Assembly: GCA_965216875.1 (NCBI GenBank)
Contig: OZ244207.1
Span: forward strand, 6,688,001-6,752,000
Source: Rubripirellula sp.
Lineage (GTDB): Bacteria > Planctomycetota > Planctomycetia > Pirellulales > Pirellulaceae
Direction: 5' to 3'
Length of the DNA stretch: 64,000 nucleotides
Both the position numbers and the translations under genes were made by a program. Numbering within the stretch: position 1 is the first letter of the stretch; every line of letters starts with the position of its first letter. Below, piece by piece: positions 9,576-17,915 of the stretch. The notes beneath the pieces were generated by a model. That model was not told the origin of the DNA and did no database searches. It worked only from the letters and a program-made list of their open reading frames with translations.

Positions 9576-10657
9576 TTTCGGTTCGACACTGGTCGATAGC
9601 TTTTCACCGTTGCGTTCAGTGCGTGACCGAGCTGCCTTAGGTCACCGAGCTTTTCTCGCACATCGCTATTTCCGAGGAATCCGAATAGGAATTTTTGGTG
9701 CTGCTGGTCTGTGAGTTCACGGAAGTCACCGGCAACGTCGCCCGCTCCCGACGCGTTGATGTCGAGGTACAAAGGCTTTGCCGACGGTTCAAAGCTAAAG
9801 TCATCCAATGAGAACCAGCGAATCTGTTTGTTTTCGCGGGTTCGGTAAAACACTTTTGCATTCGACACGTCATACACGATACTCCAGACCGTGAACTGTC
9901 CTTGGGCGATAGCGTCCAAATGATGGAAGGCGTACTCCCTATCGGCGCTGGCTGATTCGCTTTTAAAGTCGACGGCGCACTTAGCCGCCCGCGCGAATCT
10001 GTGTAGTGAATTTTGACCTGCGGGAACAGCGTTTGAGCCATTGGCCGCCGCGTAATTTGCTCGAAACTCTATTGACTGCTGATAGGTATTGTTAGCGAGC
10101 GCTCTCGGTGAATCTCGATGGACCACCATCTCGCCGTTTAAGAACTCGATCGATGCAGACTTGCCAGAAGCGTCGCAGATCAGGTAGTGAATCTTCGACT
10201 CCCCAATCGGAGCTTCATGGCGAATGAACTCGTTCGTGGCAAGAACTTCGTCCACCGACCGACAGTTATCCAGCTGATACTGGATCCATTGCAGCATGCT
10301 TATGGCAGGACGTTCGTCCGATGTGGGGTATTTGCTTTCCATGAGCATCATTTGTTCGACAACGAGCCCAGTTTCGTTGATGCCGCCGTATGGCATTTCT
10401 CGACCAAATTGATTGAATGTCACGCTTCCATACTTCGAGGTCCAGCGTGCGGGTTTCTCTGGGGGCAACACAAATGCGGTTTTCTCGATGCCCTTCTGGT
10501 TGACGACGATGAAACCATCGCTCCAGTGCCAGTCAAGATTCCGCGCAAACATAATGACGGATCCGTCATGGAGCACGAATGTGGTGCAAGCGTTGCACGG
10601 GTAGGCGAGCCCAATCGAAAGGATAACGAAGGCGAAATAGATTAGCTGTTTATTCAC
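9572..10657 (-). CDS. Linear amide C-N hydrolase (choloylglycine hydrolase / penicillin V acylase family, Ntn-hydrolase)
   Basis: Signal peptide ending NA followed by CTTF (N-terminal Cys nucleophile), ARNLDW, GINETGL, IHYLICD; GTG start with GAGGA. Confidence 0.9.
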   Translation of the reverse strand: MNKQLIYFAFVILSIGLAYPCNACTTFVLHDGSVIMFARNLDWHWSDGFIVVNQKGIEKTAFVLPPEKPARWTSKYGSVTFNQFGREMPYGGINETGLVVEQMMLMESKYPTSDERPAISMLQWIQYQLDNCRSVDEVLATNEFIRHEAPIGESKIHYLICDASGKSASIEFLNGEMVVHRDSPRALANNTYQQSIEFRANYAAANGSNAVPAGQNSLHRFARAAKCAVDFKSESASADREYAFHHLDAIAQGQFTVWSIVYDVSNAKVFYRTRENKQIRWFSLDDFSFEPSAKPLYLDINASGAGDVAGDFRELTDQQHQKFLFGFLGNSDVREKLGDLRQLGHALNATVKSYRPVSNRK

Positions 10658-10749
10658 CGGTCTTTCCTCGACAGTGAGTTCGTGCTGAGACTTTCTCAAC
10701 TGTATGTGCTCGGCGGCGCTTGAGCAACCTTGCGTCCGCTGGAGTGCTC

Positions 10750-11131
10750 ACGTGGAATGCCCGGGCAATAGCGAGACGAGCAACTGATGAACCGACATCG
10801 CGGACGTTACTGAGATGCGATTGAGAAGGCGCCTTTCGTCGACGAGATTTGGGCGACCGATTTGATGTACCTGAAAATCAATGACGAGCAATACTACTTG
10901 GTGACATTCATCGATGAGTACTCGCGCTACCTGGTCCACTGGGAACTGCTCACCAGCATGAAGGGCCACTCGATCAGTACATCCGCAGTGACAATGGCGG
11001 CGGCGACATCTCTGGTGAGTTCGCTGGTTTGCTTTCGCATCACGAGCTAACCCATCAACGGATTCGAACTCACTGCCCAGAAGAATACTGCATCCAGGAA
11101 CGATTCAATCTAAGGTTTCGCGAAGGCATTC
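10750..11131 (+). pseudogene. IS3/IS481-type DDE transposase (rve core) remnant
   Basis: DEIWATDLMY..YLVTFIDEYSR in one frame; RSDNG..EF..HQRIR..QERFN in another; frameshifted and truncated. Confidence 0.8.
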
Positions 11132-11270
11132 CATCAACCGCCGCCCGTAGTGGAAGAGGCAACCAATCCCAGAGCGAGATCTCTTGGAAGCCCGCCGGAG
11201 GTGGTAGGAACGTGGTGGATCCGTAGATAAAAGGGACTCGTGGCCTCGTCCACTACTTTAGAACTTGAAT
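11132..11270 (+). repeat. 139-bp direct repeat, copy 2 (GTAGTGGA REP doublet plus gene end)
   Basis: Colinear with 9381-9519. Confidence 0.92.
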
Positions 11271-12187
11271 CCCGATCGCTCGTCTGGAGTTGCCGGACGC
11301 ACGTTGCCATTGCAACCCTTGTCGTTTGAGCATCTCCCGCTTCCCACAAGAAGTCGTCCATCGGTCATGCCTTCGATCCCGAGTGAGCAGTCGACTTCGA
11401 AACGCCCTTTCATTTGAAAATTGGTGTCGGTGACGAGCAAGATTTTGGGATCGCCGTAGCAGCCGAACCACCAGCGGTCATGGGCGAAGGTTGCCGTTTG
11501 AATGCCAAGATGCGTGTGCCCGCTGTCGACAACATGCTTCTTAAGAAACTTGAACTCGCTGTCATACTCGTACACGTAATTTTCTTCGAAGCTATTGGGC
11601 AAGCCACCGACGACAAAGAAATGGCCGTCGCGATTACCGATCCCGCCGGCCCCATAAATGACCTCTTGCGTCTCGTGTCGGGCGACCTCGTTCAGTGTTT
11701 TTGCATCGTAGACGTAGACCCATGAATCAGCATTGCCATTTGGATCATTGAACTTGCCGAGGTTCACAGCAACATAGATCTTTCCTTCAACGTGGCAGAG
11801 GTCGCCATGATGGTTGGCCACTGGGACTTGCTTCAGCAGCTTTCCCGTTAGGTCAGTCTTGACCAATGTTGTCGTGAACGACCAATAGATAGACGCATGG
11901 TCCGCGCAGATTCCTTGCAAGTGATGCTTGTATGAACCATCGCAGTTAACCATTCCTATCGGTTGCTGTTTCTGGTTGAGAGCGACGAGTCTTTGGGGGT
12001 AATCGGTGGAGAGCGGGTCAACTCCCATCTCAAGCGTCTTGAACAAGGTTGCGTGGTCAGTGACCGTCCACGCACCAACTTCGAGACCAGCTGCTTTGAG
12101 TTTGTGAGAGTTACCTCGAAGAGCGGTCTCATCACCCAACGCTGCCGTCGCAGCCAGTAGCAAGACGGATGACATCAAAGTTCGCAT
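11258..12187 (-). CDS. Secreted protein: residual GDPD fragments fused to a beta-rich (propeller-like) domain
   Basis: Signal peptide, then TALRGNS (AHRG-like) directly joined to AWTVTD..MGVDPLSTDYP (GDPD C-terminus), then a HLQG/HHGD/GAGG repeat domain. Confidence 0.7.
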   Translation of the reverse strand: MRTLMSSVLLLAATAALGDETALRGNSHKLKAAGLEVGAWTVTDHATLFKTLEMGVDPLSTDYPQRLVALNQKQQPIGMVNCDGSYKHHLQGICADHASIYWSFTTTLVKTDLTGKLLKQVPVANHHGDLCHVEGKIYVAVNLGKFNDPNGNADSWVYVYDAKTLNEVARHETQEVIYGAGGIGNRDGHFFVVGGLPNSFEENYVYEYDSEFKFLKKHVVDSGHTHLGIQTATFAHDRWWFGCYGDPKILLVTDTNFQMKGRFEVDCSLGIEGMTDGRLLVGSGRCSNDKGCNGNVRPATPDERSGFKF

Positions 12188-12288
12188 GGTCGCCTTTCAT
12201 AGATATGCAAATCGAAGTGTACAAATCTAACAAAACGCCATCCGAGGCGAGCGGCAACACCGGATGGTCAATCGATGGCGGTGAGAGT

Positions 12289-12315
12289 GCCACGAATAGC
12301 ACGAATCGATCGAAT
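12289..12315 (+). repeat. CACGAAT triplet repeat (9-bp period)
   Basis: GCCACGAATAGCACGAATCGATCGAAT; sister copy at 13602-13628. Confidence 0.65.
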
Positions 12316-12412
12316 GAGCCGCCAGGAGTAGATCGGCAAACGCCGCAGAAAACCCGAAGGGGTGACTCGATTCGTTCCAAGCGACCTCTACGTCCCGAAC
12401 GTAATAGGTGGA

Positions 12413-13246
12413 TTATGGGGTGAGGCGGAGGGTTGTTGCTTCTCCGCTTTCGATTTGTTGGGGGCCGGTTTCGGTGTTGATCTTGAGGTGGCCGGTGTCG
12501 GTGATGCCTTGGCAGTGACCCTGCTGCGCTCCTGACGGACTTTGGAATTGGATGGTTTGGCCGGTCAATAGACATCGCTTGCGGAAGTCGGTCAGGACTT
12601 CGGATGGGTCGGTTCCGAGTTCCGTGATCGACTCGATGATCTGTTCAATGACGATGGGCAGCAAGTCGTAGCGATTGGTGAGCGTCCCAGTGACTTGCGC
12701 TAACGATCGCGCTGGGGCTGCCGATGTGTGGTCGTCAATCTCAGGTGTTGTGCCAACGTTGATGCCGACTCCGATCACCACTTGCTGTGGCTGCGCGGGA
12801 CTCGTTTCCATCAAGATGCCGGCGACCTTACCAGAATCAATGTAGACATCGTTGGGCCACTTGAGCCTGGATTGCAGCGGTGCGAATGAGTATTCGATCG
12901 ATCGGGCGATGGCGACTCCAACGGCGATCGACAACAGCCGACCCACGTCTTCGCTCTCGGGTTGGAAAGGAACGAGCAACGAGAAGGTGAGCGTACCGCC
13001 GTCGCTTTGCCATGACCGTCCATGTCGACCTCGGCCAGACGTTTGCTGGTCGGCAAGGTACAGGCGAGGAAGATCGCCAAGCGACGTATCGAGTTCGCCG
13101 TTTTGCAGGTCACTGATCGCCAATGTATTGGTCGAACCCGCTTCGGCATGGTAAACGGCTGAGTTGCAGACTCCTTCTTCGATCAGCGACTCGATCGCAC
13201 GCCGACCAGACGAGTCGATTGGCCCGACAGCAGTGATGTTCGTCAT
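12413..13246 (-). CDS. birA: Biotin--[acetyl-CoA-carboxylase] ligase (no HTH domain)
   Basis: STN, QTSGRGRHGRSW, KWPND, KVAGIL and GVGIN; ATGA overlap with the upstream gene. Confidence 0.93.
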   Translation of the reverse strand: MTNITAVGPIDSSGRRAIESLIEEGVCNSAVYHAEAGSTNTLAISDLQNGELDTSLGDLPRLYLADQQTSGRGRHGRSWQSDGGTLTFSLLVPFQPESEDVGRLLSIAVGVAIARSIEYSFAPLQSRLKWPNDVYIDSGKVAGILMETSPAQPQQVVIGVGINVGTTPEIDDHTSAAPARSLAQVTGTLTNRYDLLPIVIEQIIESITELGTDPSEVLTDFRKRCLLTGQTIQFQSPSGAQQGHCQGITDTGHLKINTETGPQQIESGEATTLRLTP

Positions 13247-13518
13247 TGCTGTACCATCGCTTGAAGGTAGGTCCAGGCGACAAACGCGATGAGCAGCAAG
13301 AGGACGGCGGCTACGAAACGCCAATGGGGTGCAAGCGTCGTACTGGTCTGTGACCCCGAGAATTCACGTTCGATGAATTCTTCGTAGCCCTCATCGTCGT
13401 CTTCGTCGCTTTCCCATTCGTCGCGCCAGCCGTCGCTATCGCTGCTGCCGCAGTGACGACAAAACTTCGCGTCTTCGCGGATGTCGGCGCCGCAGTGGGG
13501 ACAGGGGACGTAGGTCAT
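13243..13518 (-). CDS. Zinc-ribbon protein with acidic linker and C-terminal TM helix
   Basis: CPHCG..CRHCG, D/E-rich stretch, hydrophobic C-terminus. Confidence 0.85.
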   Translation of the reverse strand: MTYVPCPHCGADIREDAKFCRHCGSSDSDGWRDEWESDEDDDEGYEEFIEREFSGSQTSTTLAPHWRFVAAVLLLLIAFVAWTYLQAMVQQ

Positions 13519-13601
13519 CGAGTTGGTTGGGATTCAGCGAATGGTTTGGGCGTGAATACAACCTACAGGATGATTCGGTGGGTGGTGAGTGGGTTAGGGG
13601 A

Positions 13602-13920
13602 ACCACGAATGACACGAATCGAACGAATGGTGCGCACAAAGGTTCGTAGTACCGAGCTTTAGCCGGAATCTTAGTGTTTGCGGCCTGGCGGGTGAGGAAC
13701 GGGCCGCCAACGCCGCAGATTGGAGTTGCGCTTCCGTCAGTAGGGATCCTCGCCCAAGTTCACCCAGGGGAACCGCGATCGCGTAAGCGGCCGGGCCTTG
13801 CTCGCCTTCACCCGAGCGGCGCGCCGGCAAGGGCCCGAGGCCTCACGGCCAGCGGCTCACCGTATCGGGGGACGCGGAGCGTCCGAAGGGTGCGTTCCCA
13901 CGCGGGAGCGTGGGAACGAG
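13602..13920. repeat. Composite REP hotspot (four families)
   Basis: CACGAAT triplet 13602; GGTTCGTAGTACCGAGCTTTAGCCGGAATCTT 13641-13672 (identical to 52925-52956); CGCGTAAGCGG/GCGGCTCAC doublet ~13769-13860; GTGCGTTCCCACGCGGGAGCGTGGGAACGAG 13890-13920. Confidence 0.85.
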
Positions 13921-13939
13921 GTGGAGGTGTGAAGCGTGA

Positions 13940-15469
13940 TTAGAGGAACATGTTGAGCGGCGATGCGGTTTCGCTTGCTCCGTAGAACTCGCGAATCTGT
14001 GGCAGGATGGTTGGCAGCTCGCTGTTGCTGATTCCGAACCACATTGCCAGCTCGGCTGAGATTGTGTCGACCGACATGGTTGGGATCATGCGGCCGCGGC
14101 CGAGGTTCATGTTGCCGACAGCAGGTCGATTGATGCTCGCGTCGCCAGTGTCGACAGGATTCAGCAGCGACGTCGGGTATTCGCCGTAGATCTTGCCGCC
14201 GTCAACGCAGCCACCACAAACGAAGTGGTTGGATCCCCAAGCATGGTCACTGCCCTGGCCGTTGGTGCCGAGTGTTCGAGCAAAGTCCGAGGCGGTGAAG
14301 AGGGTGACTTCGTCGTCGAGGCCGAGTTCCACCATCGCTTCGTTAAACGAGCCAACGGCTCGGCTGATTCGCTCGAGGTTCGGGCCATGGGCCGTCATCA
14401 AGTTTGCATGGTTGTCGAAACCGCCTTGCGAAACGAAGAAGACTTGCCGCTGTTGTTGCAAGGTGCTTTGAGCACCGATCACCTTGGCGATCACTTGCAT
14501 TCGGCGACTGAGGGTGTCTGTGGCAAACGTCGTCGTTAGATTGACGTTGTTGACCGCGTTGTTGAAATCGATCGCGGCGTCGATGGAGCCGCGGTTGGTG
14601 TTGGCAAGCGATTGGGCCAGCAGATTGGAGTACGTTTGGTCCAGGACACTGTCGGCGACGCGGCTATAGATCCGTCGGTTCAGGTTCGATCCTTGACTGG
14701 CAATCGCCGAATAGTCATCAACATCGATTGCCGGGTTGTTGCCTGCCGAGTCGCCGAGGGAGATCGAATAGGGAACAACGGAATCACCGGCTTGGAACAA
14801 GTTCACGCCGGCGGTTGAGATGTTCATCGAAACGAACTGGTTGCCGTTGGTGCTGCTGGTCAGCAGGTCGGCCATCTTTCCGCCCCAACCAACGATTTGA
14901 GACCGCGTGTTCGGTACGCTGGTCATCCAGTGGCGTTGGTGGTCGGCGTGGGAGAAAAGACCCAATGGGCGTGCTTCGAATGAGTTGGCGTTGTATTCGT
15001 CGCGTGTGATCCAGCGATTGAGCGAACCAACGTTCGAGACGAATGCAAGTTTGCCTTGGTTGTAGAGGCTTTGGACTTCGGGCATGCTCGGGTGCACGCC
15101 AAAGGCACGGCCGTTGCCGCCGTCGATGTCCAATAAGGTGTCTTGAGCCAGCGCTAGTCCGCCGGTGTTGCCATCGACACCGCGAATGCCACCGCGTGCC
15201 GTAACGTAGTCGGCAAACTCGCCGGAGTTCACGTCGCCTTCGTTCGGAAGCAACATGTTGAAGCCATCGTTGCCGCCAAACATGAACAAGCAGACAAGTG
15301 CTTTGTAGCCACCCGTTCCGCTATTGCCCGATGCGAGTGCATTGGTCGCTTGGAGGTTCATCAAGGTGGCAAGCATCGATGTGTTGGCCATCATGCCGCA
15401 GCCACCCGCGGCTTTGAGCACGTTTCGACGCGAGGTCTTCTGTTTTCGGTTTCGATTCGAGCGGGCCAT
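13940..15469 (-). CDS. DUF1501 family protein, Tat signal (copy A)
   Basis: SRRNVLK, YKALVCLFMFGGND, LFSHAD, GGFDNH, SDFART, GSDHAWG and IPT motifs. Confidence 0.9.
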   Translation of the reverse strand: MARSNRNRKQKTSRRNVLKAAGGCGMMANTSMLATLMNLQATNALASGNSGTGGYKALVCLFMFGGNDGFNMLLPNEGDVNSGEFADYVTARGGIRGVDGNTGGLALAQDTLLDIDGGNGRAFGVHPSMPEVQSLYNQGKLAFVSNVGSLNRWITRDEYNANSFEARPLGLFSHADHQRHWMTSVPNTRSQIVGWGGKMADLLTSSTNGNQFVSMNISTAGVNLFQAGDSVVPYSISLGDSAGNNPAIDVDDYSAIASQGSNLNRRIYSRVADSVLDQTYSNLLAQSLANTNRGSIDAAIDFNNAVNNVNLTTTFATDTLSRRMQVIAKVIGAQSTLQQQRQVFFVSQGGFDNHANLMTAHGPNLERISRAVGSFNEAMVELGLDDEVTLFTASDFARTLGTNGQGSDHAWGSNHFVCGGCVDGGKIYGEYPTSLLNPVDTGDASINRPAVGNMNLGRGRMIPTMSVDTISAELAMWFGISNSELPTILPQIREFYGASETASPLNMFL

Positions 15470-15561
15470 TTCGAGTCTCCGTGAGAGGACGTCGGAGAAG
15501 TTGGGACAGGGAAAAGGAGGTCGCGTCGCACCGGTGCGTGCGACGGACCGATCAGGGGAGA

Positions 15562-17511
15562 CTATTCTTCAACCGCACAGTCTGGCGAAAGAAGTACAGC
15601 AGCGAGGGCTTCCTCGACTCGCTCGTCGTTGTGGCTGTTGTCGCTGGTCGCGAATTCGGTAATGCCAGCGATGATGTTGGCTTTGGTTTCTTCGCTAAGC
15701 GTTCCGTTACACAGCAGCAGGTCAAATCGCTCGAGGATCTCGGGCAGGTTCGCCAAGTCCCTGGCGAGCTCGATTTCTTCTTCCAGGTGGAATTCGATGT
15801 CAATATTCCCGGCAGACCCGTTTGGCTCGACGTTCTCGTCGATCTGCCGATTTCGGCAGAAGGTCCGGAAACGATTGATGGTTCGATTCCCCGTCACCGC
15901 ATCAATGATTTGGAACTCGGGGGCGAACAGAGCCGCATAAGGAATTCGACGTGACGGTGGAACACCAATCAGATCCGGCGGTTGGTAGTTCGGCAGGTAG
16001 TAGTTGAACACACTCGGTGCACGGAACGGCATCTGTCCCCAATCGGCTTGGAAGGACGTGTCCAGCATCATGTAAGGCTTGCCGGTGACCGGATCGTTGT
16101 GCTGCCAGTCGCTCGTTGGTCGCATCGCACGAATGAGTGAGGTCAAACGCAGGATGGGCTCACGCAGGCGAGAGTGCTCGGTGCCGCGAGTGACCACTTC
16201 AACGCGATCGGGATTGCGTTTTCTTACCAGTCGCTGACCACGATAAAGTTCTGGATCAAGCAGGATGGCTTTGACTACCGCGCCGAGGTCGCCACGAACG
16301 CCTTGGCCATTGTCACGCCACTTGCGAGTGACGCGTCGGATGTAGGCACGCGATGGATTCGATTTGACCATTCGCTGGATCAACAACCGGCAAATGAACG
16401 GAGCGACGTTGTCGTGATTGGCGATCACATCGAGCGCTTCATTGACTTCTGCGGTTGCCGCTTCGTTGGTCAGAGGTACTGGAAGGGGTGAGAGTGTTGT
16501 TCCAAAGATCGTTTTACTGGCTGGCGTGTTCGGGTCAGGTTGGCCAGGGTTGTTTGGATCTTCGGCGTAATTGAAGTTGTTGTCATGCTCTTGGTAGTGC
16601 ATGACCATCGGGTCGCCATAGTTGCGTCCGACGTAGAAGCTGGTCGAGGTGTTGTGTTGCGACTTGAAACCGGTGAAGACACGTGAGAGCTCTTTGATCC
16701 CTTCGATGTCGTAGGTCGGAATCAGTTCGCCTTGGTCGTTGGTTTTGAAGCGACCGTCTTGATGCATTTCGTAAAGGCCGACGGAAAACAGCTGCATGAT
16801 TTCGCGAGCGTAGTTTTCGTCAGGGAACCGCCCTGCACCAACGTTCGCTTTGCGATTGCGCCATGAGCTGAGGTAGGTGCCCATGCAAGGGTGCCAAGTG
16901 ACGTCACCAAGCAGGTCGCGGTAGTTTCCAAAGGCGTGACCACAAAGCATGTCGTAGTAGTCACCCATGCCCATCCAATCGGGGATGGTGAATTCGCCGC
17001 CACCTTTATCGCGGCGATCATCATTGTCGAAACCGGAACCCGAGTTGCTGATCACAAAGATCTGAGCAAGTGCCCAAGTCACTTTCTGACGCAGCTGGTC
17101 ATCGCGTTGAAGTGCGATGTGGAACCAAGCTTGGTACCGATAGTTTTGAACGCCAACACTTTGTTGATCGAGAACACGTCCGTCGGCCGCGATCATGTCA
17201 GCGGCGACGTCATTGTTGGAGCTCTTGGGGAGCGCCATCTGCTCGTCGATCCATTCGCTGCATGCGCGGCGATAACCGACTTGATTGATCCGCGCCGCGA
17301 GTTGGTCAATCGCTTCTTGAGTCGGACCGAAGGTTGCTTTGGAGAGGAACTGTGCCGCGCGAATCTTGGCGCGGATGACACGGATCTCTCGTGAGTTTTC
17401 TGCTTCGAACGTTCCCGCCTTAGCGGAACTCATCGTGTGAGGTCCGACAGCCACAAAAACAAAGGAGCACGTCAGTAGAACGGGCACACAAAGACGCTTG
17501 AGCCGCATCAT
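15562..17511 (-). CDS. DUF1800 family protein (copy A)
   Basis: AAQFLSKATFGPT, DQLRQK, PDENYAREIMQLFS, SNPS..YI.RV, KAILLD, LREP and SVFNYY motifs. Confidence 0.9.
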   Translation of the reverse strand: MMRLKRLCVPVLLTCSFVFVAVGPHTMSSAKAGTFEAENSREIRVIRAKIRAAQFLSKATFGPTQEAIDQLAARINQVGYRRACSEWIDEQMALPKSSNNDVAADMIAADGRVLDQQSVGVQNYRYQAWFHIALQRDDQLRQKVTWALAQIFVISNSGSGFDNDDRRDKGGGEFTIPDWMGMGDYYDMLCGHAFGNYRDLLGDVTWHPCMGTYLSSWRNRKANVGAGRFPDENYAREIMQLFSVGLYEMHQDGRFKTNDQGELIPTYDIEGIKELSRVFTGFKSQHNTSTSFYVGRNYGDPMVMHYQEHDNNFNYAEDPNNPGQPDPNTPASKTIFGTTLSPLPVPLTNEAATAEVNEALDVIANHDNVAPFICRLLIQRMVKSNPSRAYIRRVTRKWRDNGQGVRGDLGAVVKAILLDPELYRGQRLVRKRNPDRVEVVTRGTEHSRLREPILRLTSLIRAMRPTSDWQHNDPVTGKPYMMLDTSFQADWGQMPFRAPSVFNYYLPNYQPPDLIGVPPSRRIPYAALFAPEFQIIDAVTGNRTINRFRTFCRNRQIDENVEPNGSAGNIDIEFHLEEEIELARDLANLPEILERFDLLLCNGTLSEETKANIIAGITEFATSDNSHNDERVEEALAAVLLSPDCAVEE

Positions 17512-17807
17512 CGATCACCACCCATGTACTTAGAAAAGAAAAGTTGAATCTTCGTTAGTGATCATCACCCCAGTTGGGTGAACGTCGCTACACCAGAAAA
17601 GTCGCCAAAAGACACTTCGGCCCGCATAGCGATTGTGTCGATCATAGCGACGCCCAGCGGCATTATCAAAGGCATGCTGCGGGAAAAGCCGCCCATATTT
17701 GCCGGCAATTAGTCCTTTGGAGGGGTGTCGGTTTCGCTGTGGGGTCATCGGGTGAGAATCGTTCGCCCAGCGGGGGCGATGATCGGTTTTTCGGTCCCGC
17801 TCAGGTG

Positions 17808-17906
17808 CTCCCGCTTGCAGGTCGGACGCAAAGTCCGGGGAGGGACTGACGTTAAAAGAACAAACCCTCTCCGGTCCTTAGAGCCCGACTCTCCCAAGGG
17901 AGAGTG
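17808..17906. repeat. REP-like doublet (CCCTCYCCGG..CCGACYCTCCC..GGAGRGTG family)
   Basis: 17865-17906 resembles 44367-44413; inverted partial copy at 17808-17844. Confidence 0.6.
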
Positions 17907-17915
17907 TTAATGGGC

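Noticed and set aside
10750..11131. Active IS using programmed frameshifting
   Set aside because: Only a broken rve core is present; no HTH ORF, terminal inverted repeats or target duplication were found.
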